From positions 3,840,001 to 3,904,000 of the forward strand of contig OZ245742.1 of assembly GCA_965227295.1 (NCBI GenBank): DNA of 64,000 nt, read 5' to 3'. This document shows, one piece after another, positions 31,022 to 40,489 of this stretch. Position 1 is the stretch's first letter, and every line of letters begins with the position of its first letter. Under the pieces are notes generated by a model. That model searched no databases, was not told the DNA's origin, and was given only the letters and a program-made list of their open reading frames with translations. Made by a program: the position numbers and the translations under genes. Source of the stretch: Leptonemataceae bacterium (GTDB lineage Bacteria; Spirochaetota; Leptospiria; Leptospirales; Leptonemataceae).

Positions 31022-32155
31022 ATGACCCGGAGTAGTTGGAATACCTTTCTCATCATTGCATTCATTCTTGGAGTTGCGCCCGCGACGCTCGTCTCCCGTT
31101 CCACCGACGAGATGTGGCAGCGCCAGGCCGTAGAAGCCCCGGCCGCGGCGCGGAAGGCCATCTCGGACCAGAACGAGGGGGACGAAATCGACCACGAAAT
31201 CGACCGCTACTTTGCCGGCATGAGCGAGAACAAGGGCGTGGATGTGGACGAGCGCAAGCTCGAACAGATCTTTGGTCCGTCGCGAAGCATCGACAACGAG
31301 GTGCACCCCGACGATCACGAGGACGGCAGCTTCAGTTTCGCGAATCGCGGGAATGCCGAGGACGACGGCCTGGTTTCCCACAAGGTCGTGGCCGGCGATA
31401 CGATCTGGGGTCTCAGCAAGAAATACGGCATCAAACCGCAACAGGTCGTGCAGCACAATCCGGAGCTGCGCAAGCGCCCGCTCTACATCGGTGAAGAAAT
31501 TTTAATTATCCGCGGCGATGACGCGAAGCCGGTGAAGGCGCGCGCGAGAGTCGTCTATCATCGCGTACAGAAAGGCGACACGCTTTCCGAGATTGCCCGT
31601 CGGCATGGCGTGTCGGTTGGCGCGCTACAGAAGTGGAATCGCATCAGCAATAAATCCATCATCCGCATCGGCCAGCGGCTGAAGATCGTGAAGGGCACGG
31701 CCGGTCCGCCGAACGGTTACCGTTATGCGCGCGTCTTCGAATGGCCGTTGCGCGGCACCATCACTTCCGGCTACGGTCGGCGCTCGAATCCCTTTGTGCG
31801 TTCCCGGCGCCAGTACCACCGCGGCATCGACATCGGGGCCGCCATTGGTACGCCGATTCGCGCCGCACGGGACGGTGTGGTGATCATGTCCCGGCGCATG
31901 GGCGGTTACGGGAACTGCATCTTCATCCGGCACTCCAACGGTTACGTCTCCGTTTATGCGCACAATATGTTGAACAAAGTGAAAGAAGGCGAGGTCGTAA
32001 AGATGGGCCAGGTGATCGGCAAGGTCGGTCGCACGGGTACCGCGACGGGGCCGCATCTTCATTTTGAAGTGCGTAAGTGGAAGAAGGCCATCAATCCTAT
32101 CAGCGCGCTGCGCATGAAGGAACTGGTGCCGAACGAAGTCGCATCGCGCCGATAA
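31022..32155 (+). CDS. LysM plus M23 family peptidoglycan endopeptidase
   Basis: Two LysM domains (HKVVAGDTIW, HRVQKGDTLS); HRGID, YAH, TGPHLHFEVR. Confidence 0.95.
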   Translation: MTRSSWNTFLIIAFILGVAPATLVSRSTDEMWQRQAVEAPAAARKAISDQNEGDEIDHEIDRYFAGMSENKGVDVDERKLEQIFGPSRSIDNEVHPDDHEDGSFSFANRGNAEDDGLVSHKVVAGDTIWGLSKKYGIKPQQVVQHNPELRKRPLYIGEEILIIRGDDAKPVKARARVVYHRVQKGDTLSEIARRHGVSVGALQKWNRISNKSIIRIGQRLKIVKGTAGPPNGYRYARVFEWPLRGTITSGYGRRSNPFVRSRRQYHRGIDIGAAIGTPIRAARDGVVIMSRRMGGYGNCIFIRHSNGYVSVYAHNMLNKVKEGEVVKMGQVIGKVGRTGTATGPHLHFEVRKWKKAINPISALRMKELVPNEVASRR

Positions 32156-32195
32156 CTTGCGCGACACCAGGGTCGCCTGTGTGCGATGATTGCCT

Positions 32196-33065
32196 ATGGG
32201 CGAGTACGTCCTCAAACTTCAGAAAAACATCTTCGCGATTACCATCGCCACCGCAGTCGTCCTGGGCATTGCCATGGCCTACCTCGGTTCGGTGGCGCTG
32301 CGTTTTTTTCTGAGTTCCAACACGCCCACGGTCACTATGAGCCGTGCGGCTCCCGTCGCCAACACCAACCGTACATCGTTCCGCAGTGTCGACGAGTTCC
32401 TGGGCATCGTTACCGGTGACTTCATTCGCGATAGCGGGGCCGGTGCCCCGGGCGAGGCCGGAGCCGACGCCCCCACCGGTGTTCAGAGCGAGATCGAACT
32501 CATGGGCGTACTCTACTCACGCCCGCTACGCTACTCCCGGGCCCTGATCAAGCAGGACGGTGATAAGTCCGCGGAGTCGTACGCCTTCGGCCCGATCGCG
32601 GAGTCCGGTTACAAACTCGTGGGCATTCATCCCGAGGCCATCACCGTCGAAGCCGGTGGTTCGCGTTTTCGAATCAAGGTCGGGGAGAAATCCGGGGAGG
32701 CGCGCTCGGCGGCTCAGACCACGGCGGCCGAGACCACCAGCGGCGGCGGGGAAAAGGTCACGCTCTCGAAGGACCGCTTCCAGCAACTGATCAAAAATCC
32801 CGAAGAGATCTACAAAAACAAGTTCAGCCCGGTCCTGGTCAACGGCAAGATCGCCGGCTGGAAGCTGATCTACGTCCCCAACGATAATTTCCTGCACCAG
32901 CTCGGCGCGCGGAGCGGGGATATCCTGCGCCGCTTCAACGGTGAGCCCCTGGAGTCCCAGGAAAAGATGATCCAGATGTGGCAGTCCCTCCAGAACGCCT
33001 CCAGCGTCACCGTGGACATCGAACGGGGCGGGAAAATCTTTACCTACGAAATTCTCATCCAGTAA
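32196..33065 (+). CDS. gspC: Type II secretion protein C (TM, HR, PDZ)
   Basis: N-terminal TM, LMGVL..RALI HR domain, LGARSGDIL..FNG PDZ; upstream of the secretin. Confidence 0.85.
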   Translation: MGEYVLKLQKNIFAITIATAVVLGIAMAYLGSVALRFFLSSNTPTVTMSRAAPVANTNRTSFRSVDEFLGIVTGDFIRDSGAGAPGEAGADAPTGVQSEIELMGVLYSRPLRYSRALIKQDGDKSAESYAFGPIAESGYKLVGIHPEAITVEAGGSRFRIKVGEKSGEARSAAQTTAAETTSGGGEKVTLSKDRFQQLIKNPEEIYKNKFSPVLVNGKIAGWKLIYVPNDNFLHQLGARSGDILRRFNGEPLESQEKMIQMWQSLQNASSVTVDIERGGKIFTYEILIQ

Positions 33066-33155
33066 AAAAAGCGCCGATCCGGGTTAGATTCGCCGGGGGG
33101 CCGCGGCCGATAGTGTACCGAAGCGTCCGAAGTTCGCGGGCGAAGAAAGACACAT

Positions 33156-34961
33156 ATGAGCCGAATCCGGAGCCAACCACGAATCGTCATCCTGCTGATT
33201 GTTCTGTGCAGCGTGCCGCTGCTCTTTTATCCCGCGTACTCCCAGCCTCAGCCGGAACTCAAAGGGAGTTTCCGGCCGAACTTCGTGGACGTCGACATTC
33301 GCGACTTCCTGAAGGCCATGGCGGGCCATACCCGCCGCAATATTCTCATCGATGACGCGGTGAAGGGGAACATCACGGTTGTATCACCACGAAGCATTCC
33401 GCGGGCCCGCGCCCTGGACTTCCTGAAGCAAGTCCTCGAAGTGAAGGGCTTCGGCATCGTGGATGAGGGGGACTTCTTAAAAGTAGTGCCCATGGAACAG
33501 GCGAAGGACGCCTCGCTTCCGGACGAAGAAGATCCGGAAGTGACCGGCATCATCTCCCGCGTGCTCAAGTTGCCCACCGGCATTAACGTCAACGAGATGG
33601 CCAATGTGCTGCGACAGATCGCCGGCAAGAACACCACGGTCGTTCCGTACCTTCCGAGTAACACGGTCGTGCTCACCGGTTACGCCAAGAACGTTCGGCG
33701 CGCCATGGAGATCTCGGATCAGCTGATCGCGCAGATGAGTACTGAAACCGGCCCGGGTGGTCCCGGCGCCACCGTACAGATCTATCGCGCGAAGCACATT
33801 ACCGCGGAGAGTCTCGCTCAGGTGCTCGTGCGCCTGGACAACCCGCAGGTCGTGGATGCCGGTCCGGCGGAGAGCGGCGATACGAATCAACCGAACCAGC
33901 CCAATCAACCGCAACAACCGCAGCAGCCGGTGGTGCGGGCAAATCCCGGCGGTCCGGCGCAGAAGATCAAGGCCGTCGCGCACAAAGAGTCCAACTCCAT
34001 CGTCGTGACCGCGACTCCGGCGGAGTGGTCGGAGATCATGCAGATCATTCTGCGTCTGGATCAGAAGCGCGAACAGATCCTGCTGGAAGTGTTGATCGCG
34101 GAAGTTACCTCGCAGTCGTTGAATGACTTCGGCATCGACTGGCGCTACGCGCCGACGAACGGGCCGCAGACGCAGTTCAATACGGGCCTGGCCGCCGAGG
34201 GCGGCATCGTCGATCCGGAGACCGGCGCGATTACCGGCAACAATACGTTGAACGGCTTCAGCCTGGGCTTCCTCGAACAGAACGGCGATCTGCTCGGCAT
34301 CTTAAACGCTAACATCAACAATCGTAACTTTAACGTTTTGTCCTCGCCGCAGGTGTTGACGCTCGATAACCAGGAAGCGGAGATAAACGTCGGGCAGGAT
34401 GTGCCGGTGCGCACCCAGGAACGTTCCTCGGGCGGCGGCGATTCTTCGGCGACGGTCAACTCCTTCGAGTACCGGCCGGCGGGCATCAAACTCAAGTTCA
34501 CGCCGTACGTGAACGCGGAATCCCGCATCGGCCTGGATCTGTTCAGCGAAGTGACGAGCATCGAAGGCGCGGCGAGTGCGACGTCCAACCCGACGTTCAA
34601 CAAACGCAACATCAAGACCTTCGTAACCGTCGGTAACAAGCAGACGATCGTCATCGGCGGTTTGATCTTCACCGAAAAACTCCAGGAAGTGCAGAAGGTC
34701 CCGCTGCTCGGCGACATCCCGCTGCTGGGCCATCTCTTCCGGCGGACGACGTACAACATTCGCCGGACGAACCTGATGCTTTTTATTACGCCGCACATTC
34801 TGAGTGCCCAGGCCGAGGCCGATCGCATCACGAAGTACAAGCGCCGGGAACAGCTCGACGCCGTGCGTGATCGCCACAACGACGTGATCCTGTGGCCGGA
34901 GCCGCGGATGAACGAGGAGCACGAGGATTCGTTCGAAATCATCGACGAGGACCTGGATTAA
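33156..34961 (+). CDS. gspD: Type II secretion secretin D
   Basis: NFVDVDIRDF N0 domain, QILLEVLIAEV, LSSPQVLTLDNQEAEINVGQDVP, KVPLLGDIPLLG.LFR. Confidence 0.95.
   Translation: MSRIRSQPRIVILLIVLCSVPLLFYPAYSQPQPELKGSFRPNFVDVDIRDFLKAMAGHTRRNILIDDAVKGNITVVSPRSIPRARALDFLKQVLEVKGFGIVDEGDFLKVVPMEQAKDASLPDEEDPEVTGIISRVLKLPTGINVNEMANVLRQIAGKNTTVVPYLPSNTVVLTGYAKNVRRAMEISDQLIAQMSTETGPGGPGATVQIYRAKHITAESLAQVLVRLDNPQVVDAGPAESGDTNQPNQPNQPQQPQQPVVRANPGGPAQKIKAVAHKESNSIVVTATPAEWSEIMQIILRLDQKREQILLEVLIAEVTSQSLNDFGIDWRYAPTNGPQTQFNTGLAAEGGIVDPETGAITGNNTLNGFSLGFLEQNGDLLGILNANINNRNFNVLSSPQVLTLDNQEAEINVGQDVPVRTQERSSGGGDSSATVNSFEYRPAGIKLKFTPYVNAESRIGLDLFSEVTSIEGAASATSNPTFNKRNIKTFVTVGNKQTIVIGGLIFTEKLQEVQKVPLLGDIPLLGHLFRRTTYNIRRTNLMLFITPHILSAQAEADRITKYKRREQLDAVRDRHNDVILWPEPRMNEEHEDSFEIIDEDLD
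33885..33929 (+). repeat. Imperfect 9-bp tandem repeat encoding an (N/Q)QP linker in GspD
   Basis: aatcaaccg aaccagccc aatcaaccg caacaaccg cagcagccg. Confidence 0.7.
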
Positions 34962-34970
34962 GAGGGGTTC

Positions 34971-35084
34971 TACTCCGAGGACCGAGGTTCCGAGGAGAAG
35001 ATGTGAGGGCGATCGTATCCGGTCGATGTGCGGGTTAAGAAAGCTCTCCTGATGCTTGAGCTCGGTACCTCGGTCCTCGGAGTA
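34971..35084. repeat. REPIN/MITE-like palindromic element, copy 1
   Basis: 24-nt arms TACTCCGAGGACCGAGGTTCCGAG and CTCGGTACCTCGGTCCTCGGAGTA (23/24 complementary), 66-nt spacer. Confidence 0.85.
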
Positions 35085-35139
35085 AAAATGATTTTTCGGT
35101 TGCCCGCCGGCCGGAGTCGTGCCTCTCTATACGTGCCGT

Positions 35140-36822
35140 ATGAAAAAGCAGATCGGTGAAATTCTTCTCGAAGAAGGCGTGATCGGCCGGGACGAGCTTC
35201 AGGATGCCCTGAAGGTTCAAAAGAAATCCTCTCTCAAGCTGGGGCAGATTCTCGTGAAGAAAGGCCTCGTGGACGAGGACCAACTGCACAATACCCTGGC
35301 CCGGCAATTCGGCTTCTCGTACTCGCCGCGGCTCAACTTCAAGTTCGACGAGAGTTTCGCGCGCATCCCCGTAAACCTCATCCACCGTTCGCGCATTGTG
35401 CCGGTAGACCGCAAGGGCAAAACCGTCACGGTGGCCATCTCCGATCCCACCGATCTGCATCCCATGGACGACGTGCGCAGTTCATTAAAAGAGCTGCGTG
35501 TGAAGTTCGTGCTCTCCACCGAAAACGAGATCATGCGCATCATCCACGGCTCGTTCGATCAGGCCGCCGCCGCGGCCCGGGAGGTGATGGAGGGCATCAA
35601 CGAGGACGAGTACGCGGACCTCGACCAGATCAGCGAAGACACGATCGACATGGCCAACGAGGCGCCGATCATTCGCATGGTCAATGCCATCCTCACCCAG
35701 GGCGTCCAGGAGCGGGCCTCGGACATTCACATCGAACCCTACGAAAAAAACGTCGAGGTGCGCTATCGCATCGACGGCATCTTACACAAACGTCTTTCGC
35801 CGCCGAAGGTCATTCATCCGGGCCTGGTTTCGCGCGTGAAGATCATGGCGAACCTGAACATCGCCGAAAACCGTCTGCCGCAAGATGGTCGGATTCGCAT
35901 CAAACTTTCCGGCAAGGACGTGGACATTCGCGTCTCGACGATTCCGACGCGCTGGGGCGAACGCGTGGTCATGCGTCTCTTGAACAAGAGCGACACGAAA
36001 GTAAACATGGAGACCATGGGCTTTACGCCGTTGCTCGACAAAAGCTTGCGCAAGGTCATCGCCGAACCCGACGGCATCTTTCTCGTGACCGGGCCGACCG
36101 GTTCCGGTAAGTCGACGACGCTCTACGCGGTACTGTCGGAGCTCAACCAGGAACACCGCAACATTCTCACCGCCGAGGATCCGGTGGAGTACGAGGTAGA
36201 GGGCATCGGCCAGATGCAGATGCAGGAGAAGATCGGACTTACGTTCGCTTCGGCCCTGCGCGCGATGCTGCGCCAGGACCCGGACGTGATCATGGTCGGT
36301 GAAATTCGCGACCAGGAGACCGCGCGCATCGCCATCCAGTCGGCACTCACCGGTCACTTAGTGCTCTCCACGCTGCACACCAACGACTCGCCGTCCGCCG
36401 TCACGCGGATGACGGACATGGGCATCGAACCGTACTTAATCACTTCGACGGTGCGCGCCGTTCTCGCCCAGCGCCTGGTGCGCGTCATCTGCCCGAAGTG
36501 CAAACGCCCGCATAAACCGGACCCGGGCGAACTGCACGACATCGGTCTCAAGCCGTCTCAGGTAAAAGGCGGCAAACTGTTTCGCGGCGAGGGCTGCGAT
36601 CACTGCGCGGGCACGGGCTATCGCGGTCGCGCCGGCATCTTTTCGTTTATGCTTATGGACAACGACGTCCAGCGCGCCGTCCTGCGCGGAGACGATGCGG
36701 ATCGCATCGAAGAGGTTGCGCGCCGGGACGGTCCAAACAAAATGCTCACGCTCATGGAGTACGGCGCCGCCAAAGTACTCGACGGCGTGACCACGATCGA
36801 AGAAGTTCTCCGCGTGACCTGA
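35140..36822 (+). CDS. gspE: Type II secretion ATPase E with MshEN-like N-terminus
   Basis: [49 protein letters not shown], two CxxC. Confidence 0.96.
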   Translation: MKKQIGEILLEEGVIGRDELQDALKVQKKSSLKLGQILVKKGLVDEDQLHNTLARQFGFSYSPRLNFKFDESFARIPVNLIHRSRIVPVDRKGKTVTVAISDPTDLHPMDDVRSSLKELRVKFVLSTENEIMRIIHGSFDQAAAAAREVMEGINEDEYADLDQISEDTIDMANEAPIIRMVNAILTQGVQERASDIHIEPYEKNVEVRYRIDGILHKRLSPPKVIHPGLVSRVKIMANLNIAENRLPQDGRIRIKLSGKDVDIRVSTIPTRWGERVVMRLLNKSDTKVNMETMGFTPLLDKSLRKVIAEPDGIFLVTGPTGSGKSTTLYAVLSELNQEHRNILTAEDPVEYEVEGIGQMQMQEKIGLTFASALRAMLRQDPDVIMVGEIRDQETARIAIQSALTGHLVLSTLHTNDSPSAVTRMTDMGIEPYLITSTVRAVLAQRLVRVICPKCKRPHKPDPGELHDIGLKPSQVKGGKLFRGEGCDHCAGTGYRGRAGIFSFMLMDNDVQRAVLRGDDADRIEEVARRDGPNKMLTLMEYGAAKVLDGVTTIEEVLRVT

Positions 36823-36853
36823 GCCCTCGCGTTCGGTCACCGTAGCCTGTCAC

Positions 36854-38080
36854 ATGCCCATCTATCGTTACGTCGCGCTCAATCGCCGGGGCAAAGAAGA
36901 GAAAGGCATCGTCGATGCCCCGAACCCGGCCCAGGCCCGCAAGAATTTGCGGGGCAAGGGGTTGTACGTCCGCAACCTCTCTCAGGATCGCGAGAAGAAA
37001 GAACGCGAACTGTTTCCGTTTCTGACGCAGATGCTGTATCGTGTGCCGCGCAAAGACGTGGGACTCTTCGCGCGCCAGCTCGGCACTCTACTGGACGCCG
37101 GCCTCCCCCTGGACCGTTCGCTGGCGAGCATTACGGAAACCGTCGAGAATGAGTTTCTGAAAAAGGCCATCATCGAAATCCGTGCCAACGTCGTGGAGGG
37201 CGAGACGCTCTCCGACGCCATGCAAAAACACCCGGCCATCTTTCCACCGGTTTATTACAACCTGGTGTCCGTGGGCGAAAAGACCGGCGCCTACGAACAG
37301 GCCCTGCTGCGTCTGGCGGACCTGGAGGACGCGAACCAGGCCTTGAAAAACAAGGTCGTCACCGCTGCGTTTTATCCGCTGATCATGTTGTTCATGCTCG
37401 GCGGCATCATGCTGTTTATGCTCGGCGTGGTATTCCCCAAGATTCAGGAGCTCTTCACGCAGGTGGACGCTGAACTGCCCATGATTACGAAGATAGTCAT
37501 CGGCGTGTCCGACTTCGTGGCCAGTGGTAAGATTCTCTTTTTGTTTTTGTTCGGCGGGGGCGCGTACTACCTCTTTCATCGCTGGAAATCCCAACCGGAC
37601 GGCCGGCTGCTCTGGGAGAAGTTTCTGCTGCGTATTCCCGTGATCGGTCCGCTGCGCAAGAAAATCCTGCTGACGCGCTTTGCGAGAAACCTGGGCGTCA
37701 TGCTCGAAAACCGGGTGCCGCTGATCGCGGCGCTCCAGGTGGTCTCGAAGGTCGTGGACAGTGCCATCTTCGGCACCGAAATCGAAACCGCCATCACGCG
37801 CCTGAAAGAGGGCTCCAAGATCTCCGACGCCTTCAAGGACTCCGTCATTATCAACAAAATGACCCTCGGTATGCTGAACGCCGGCGAGCTGTCGGACAGC
37901 GTGCCGCAGATGGTCTCGAAAATCGCCGACGTGCTGGACAACGAGCTGGACGCAAATATCGCCCGGCTGTCGCAGTTATTGGAACCGATCATGATCGTGA
38001 TCATGGGCGGGATGATCGTCTTGATCATGGTGGCGATTCTGCTGCCCATGTACAACTTGACGCGGCAGATACGGATGTAG
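36854..38080 (+). CDS. gspF: Type II secretion inner-membrane protein F
   Basis: FARQLGTLLDAGLPL, LSDAM..HP, GEKTG, LEP..I; three TM segments. Confidence 0.95.
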   Translation: MPIYRYVALNRRGKEEKGIVDAPNPAQARKNLRGKGLYVRNLSQDREKKERELFPFLTQMLYRVPRKDVGLFARQLGTLLDAGLPLDRSLASITETVENEFLKKAIIEIRANVVEGETLSDAMQKHPAIFPPVYYNLVSVGEKTGAYEQALLRLADLEDANQALKNKVVTAAFYPLIMLFMLGGIMLFMLGVVFPKIQELFTQVDAELPMITKIVIGVSDFVASGKILFLFLFGGGAYYLFHRWKSQPDGRLLWEKFLLRIPVIGPLRKKILLTRFARNLGVMLENRVPLIAALQVVSKVVDSAIFGTEIETAITRLKEGSKISDAFKDSVIINKMTLGMLNAGELSDSVPQMVSKIADVLDNELDANIARLSQLLEPIMIVIMGGMIVLIMVAILLPMYNLTRQIRM

Positions 38081-38129
38081 TATACAGTCTTCCGGCGTAT
38101 CCTGCGCCTGAGCTTACGGAGACCCAATC

Positions 38130-38660
38130 ATGATGCAAACCACACGCAAATTGTGGAAAACCCTGTGCGACTCTTACGAGAACGCCCGCAACGAACTGCA
38201 AAATCGGCGCCGTCCGGCCGGGACCGCCTCCCGCCGCGGCCTGACCCTCGTGGAACTCGCCATCGTAATCCTCGTGCTGGGGATTATCATGACGATTCTC
38301 ATTGCGAACCTGGACTTTTCGGTCGTGGATCAGGCCAAGAAACTGGCCGTAGAACACAACGCCAAAACCCTCGAAGTCACCCTCATGCGTTACGAAATGA
38401 ACAACGCCGCCCTGACGGACGGCACGCGCCTGGGTGTGCTCGCGAAAAAGAATCCGAACAATCCGGGCTGGCGCCCCATCGATGAAAAGACGGTCCTCGA
38501 CCCCTGGAACGAGGAGTACTTCATTTGTCTCGACGACTTCGGTCAGAAACAAATCTGCACCTACGGTGCGGACCGGGCCCCCGGCGGGGAGGGCGAAAAC
38601 CAGGACTTCTATTTAACCGATAAAAGTTCCTGGCCGGACTGGTTGACCCAAACCCAGTGA
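38130..38660 (+). CDS. gspG: Major pseudopilin G
   Basis: Class III signal RRG|LTLVELAIVILVLG; DPWNEEY, TYGAD..PGGEG.NQD. Confidence 0.92.
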   Translation: MMQTTRKLWKTLCDSYENARNELQNRRRPAGTASRRGLTLVELAIVILVLGIIMTILIANLDFSVVDQAKKLAVEHNAKTLEVTLMRYEMNNAALTDGTRLGVLAKKNPNNPGWRPIDEKTVLDPWNEEYFICLDDFGQKQICTYGADRAPGGEGENQDFYLTDKSSWPDWLTQTQ

Positions 38661-38679
38661 ATGTGTGCGGGGAGTCGGG

Positions 38680-39255
38680 ATGCGGGTTGCCGTCCGAAAT
38701 ACACGGCGGGATCTCCGCCTGGCTCGCCGGGCCGACCTGCGGGCCGGGCTTACCCTCGCCGAACAGATCATCGTCATCCTGATCATCGGCGTGTTGCTGG
38801 CCATCTTCGCGCCGATCGTCACCGAGTTCACGTTTCTTCAGACCTCCGGCGATCAGGCGTCGAACCTCGGGCGGTCGCTAATGGCCAGCCGGGCGAAGGC
38901 GATCAAATCCAACGAGATGCTCTACTTCGAGTTTAATCTCGACGACAAAGAGTATCGTTCGTATACCTACGAGCGCGAGGACGGCGAACTCAAAGAGTCC
39001 GTGCACATCGAAAAGACCAGCGCCCGCATCGCCGCCGTAGCCGCGGGCAACGGCAAACGCGTAGTGGAAGGCAAGTTTACCGTGCGTTTTCTGCCGTCCG
39101 GCGTGGGCGAAGAACTGTGCGTTTATCTGGGACCGAGCGATCTGGAAATCGAATCGACCTTGATCTTCAGCCGCTACGGTGGAGACTTTCGCACGGAGCC
39201 CGGCGAATACGAGCCGGAGCTGGAAAAACCACAGTGGAGTCACGAACCCCGATAA
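38680..39255 (+). CDS. gspH: Minor pseudopilin H-like
   Basis: RAG|LTLAEQIIVILIIG; follows gspG. Confidence 0.75.
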   Translation: MRVAVRNTRRDLRLARRADLRAGLTLAEQIIVILIIGVLLAIFAPIVTEFTFLQTSGDQASNLGRSLMASRAKAIKSNEMLYFEFNLDDKEYRSYTYEREDGELKESVHIEKTSARIAAVAAGNGKRVVEGKFTVRFLPSGVGEELCVYLGPSDLEIESTLIFSRYGGDFRTEPGEYEPELEKPQWSHEPR

Positions 39256-39830
39256 GATTTTCTCCGAAGCGACGCCGTCTGCGCCGGTGGGTGCGGCGAC
39301 TCCGGCAGCGCCTGGGTTTCTCACTCTTTGAGGTGGCTCTGGCGCTGGGCGTGGCCTCGGCCTTTCTCGTGGTACTTACCGCGACCGTCTCCGAGGGGCT
39401 GCGCATGCAGATCGAATCGGACCGGTTGACCCTGGCCATGGTCGTCGCCCAGGCGAAGCTCTCGCAACTGCGCAACAATCCGAACCTGTCCCCTCTGGAC
39501 GAAGAAGGGGAAATCGAAAACGCCGGCCAGTACAGCGGCTATCGCTTCCGACTCCGGGTCGCGGAGGAGAAACTGGACCTGGCCAAACTCGCCCAGGGCG
39601 AAGACGATGAGGACAGCCCGTCGGTGGACGATCTTCTGGAGACGGGCGTCCAGAATACCGCGGCCGAGGAAGAGAGCCTGGGCACCAGCGAGCGCAGCCA
39701 GACCGGCGGCCTGGTGGACGTGCTCCGCGTGATTGTCGCCATTGATTATCCCTCCGGAAACGGCTACAATACCTATCACATCGAAACGCTGCTGCCCCAG
39801 CGTAAGACCGTGGGCGCGGGCGGAGAGTAA
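39234..39830 (+). CDS. gspI: Minor pseudopilin I-like
   Basis: RLG|FSLFEVALAL; GTG start at 39234 inferred. Confidence 0.72.
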   Translation: MESRTPIRFSPKRRRLRRWVRRLRQRLGFSLFEVALALGVASAFLVVLTATVSEGLRMQIESDRLTLAMVVAQAKLSQLRNNPNLSPLDEEGEIENAGQYSGYRFRLRVAEEKLDLAKLAQGEDDEDSPSVDDLLETGVQNTAAEEESLGTSERSQTGGLVDVLRVIVAIDYPSGNGYNTYHIETLLPQRKTVGAGGE

Positions 39831-39832
39831 GA

Positions 39833-40489
39833 TTGATTCGCCGAACCTTAAGACTGCGATCCGCATCCCGGGCCGGCATGACGCTGCTGGAGATGTCCAT
39901 CGTCATTCTGCTCGTGGGCTTTTTGTTTTTCATGTTCTTCGCGGTGATCTTCGGCCTCACTCGCGTGACCAGCCTCGCGTCGCCGGAGTCCCGCATCAAA
40001 GCCCGGGCGTTCCTGGCTCTCGAAAACATTCGTTCGAGCATCGACCAATCCTACTTTCACCGGGACGTCAAACAGCTCTGGTTCCTGGGGGACGAGGGCG
40101 GCAGCGGCGCCGATCGCGCGGATCGGTTGACCTTCGCCTGCGTCCACGCGAACGCCGACGACCTGGGAGTGCCGGCCGTGCGTGAGGTTTCGTTTTATCT
40201 GGAAGAAGATCGCAGCACGTCGGAAACGTCTTACATTCTGTTTCGCCGCGAAGATGAAATGGTGGATGAGAAGCCCGGCGAGGGCGGCCGGCACTACGAA
40301 CTTATGCGCAACGTCGTTTCCCTGCGTTTTCGCTACAGCCTCAACGGTCGCGACTGGCGGGACACCTGGGACAGCACGAAACTCCGGCGCATCCCGCGCA
40401 TGGTGGAAGTGCGCATTCAAATTGCAGGGCCCGGCGGGAACCGTACGCTGTACGAAACCGTGGCCCAACCGGGGCTCTACAATCGATGA
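39833..40489 (+). CDS. gspJ: Minor pseudopilin J
   Basis: RAG|MTLLEMSIV; LRFRYS..G.DWRDTWDS...IPRMVEV. Confidence 0.82.
   Translation: MIRRTLRLRSASRAGMTLLEMSIVILLVGFLFFMFFAVIFGLTRVTSLASPESRIKARAFLALENIRSSIDQSYFHRDVKQLWFLGDEGGSGADRADRLTFACVHANADDLGVPAVREVSFYLEEDRSTSETSYILFRREDEMVDEKPGEGGRHYELMRNVVSLRFRYSLNGRDWRDTWDSTKLRRIPRMVEVRIQIAGPGGNRTLYETVAQPGLYNR

Noticed and set aside
34971..35084. CRISPR mini-array interpretation of the CCGAGG repeats
   Set aside because: The arms are inverted rather than direct repeats, there is one pair per locus, and there are no cas genes
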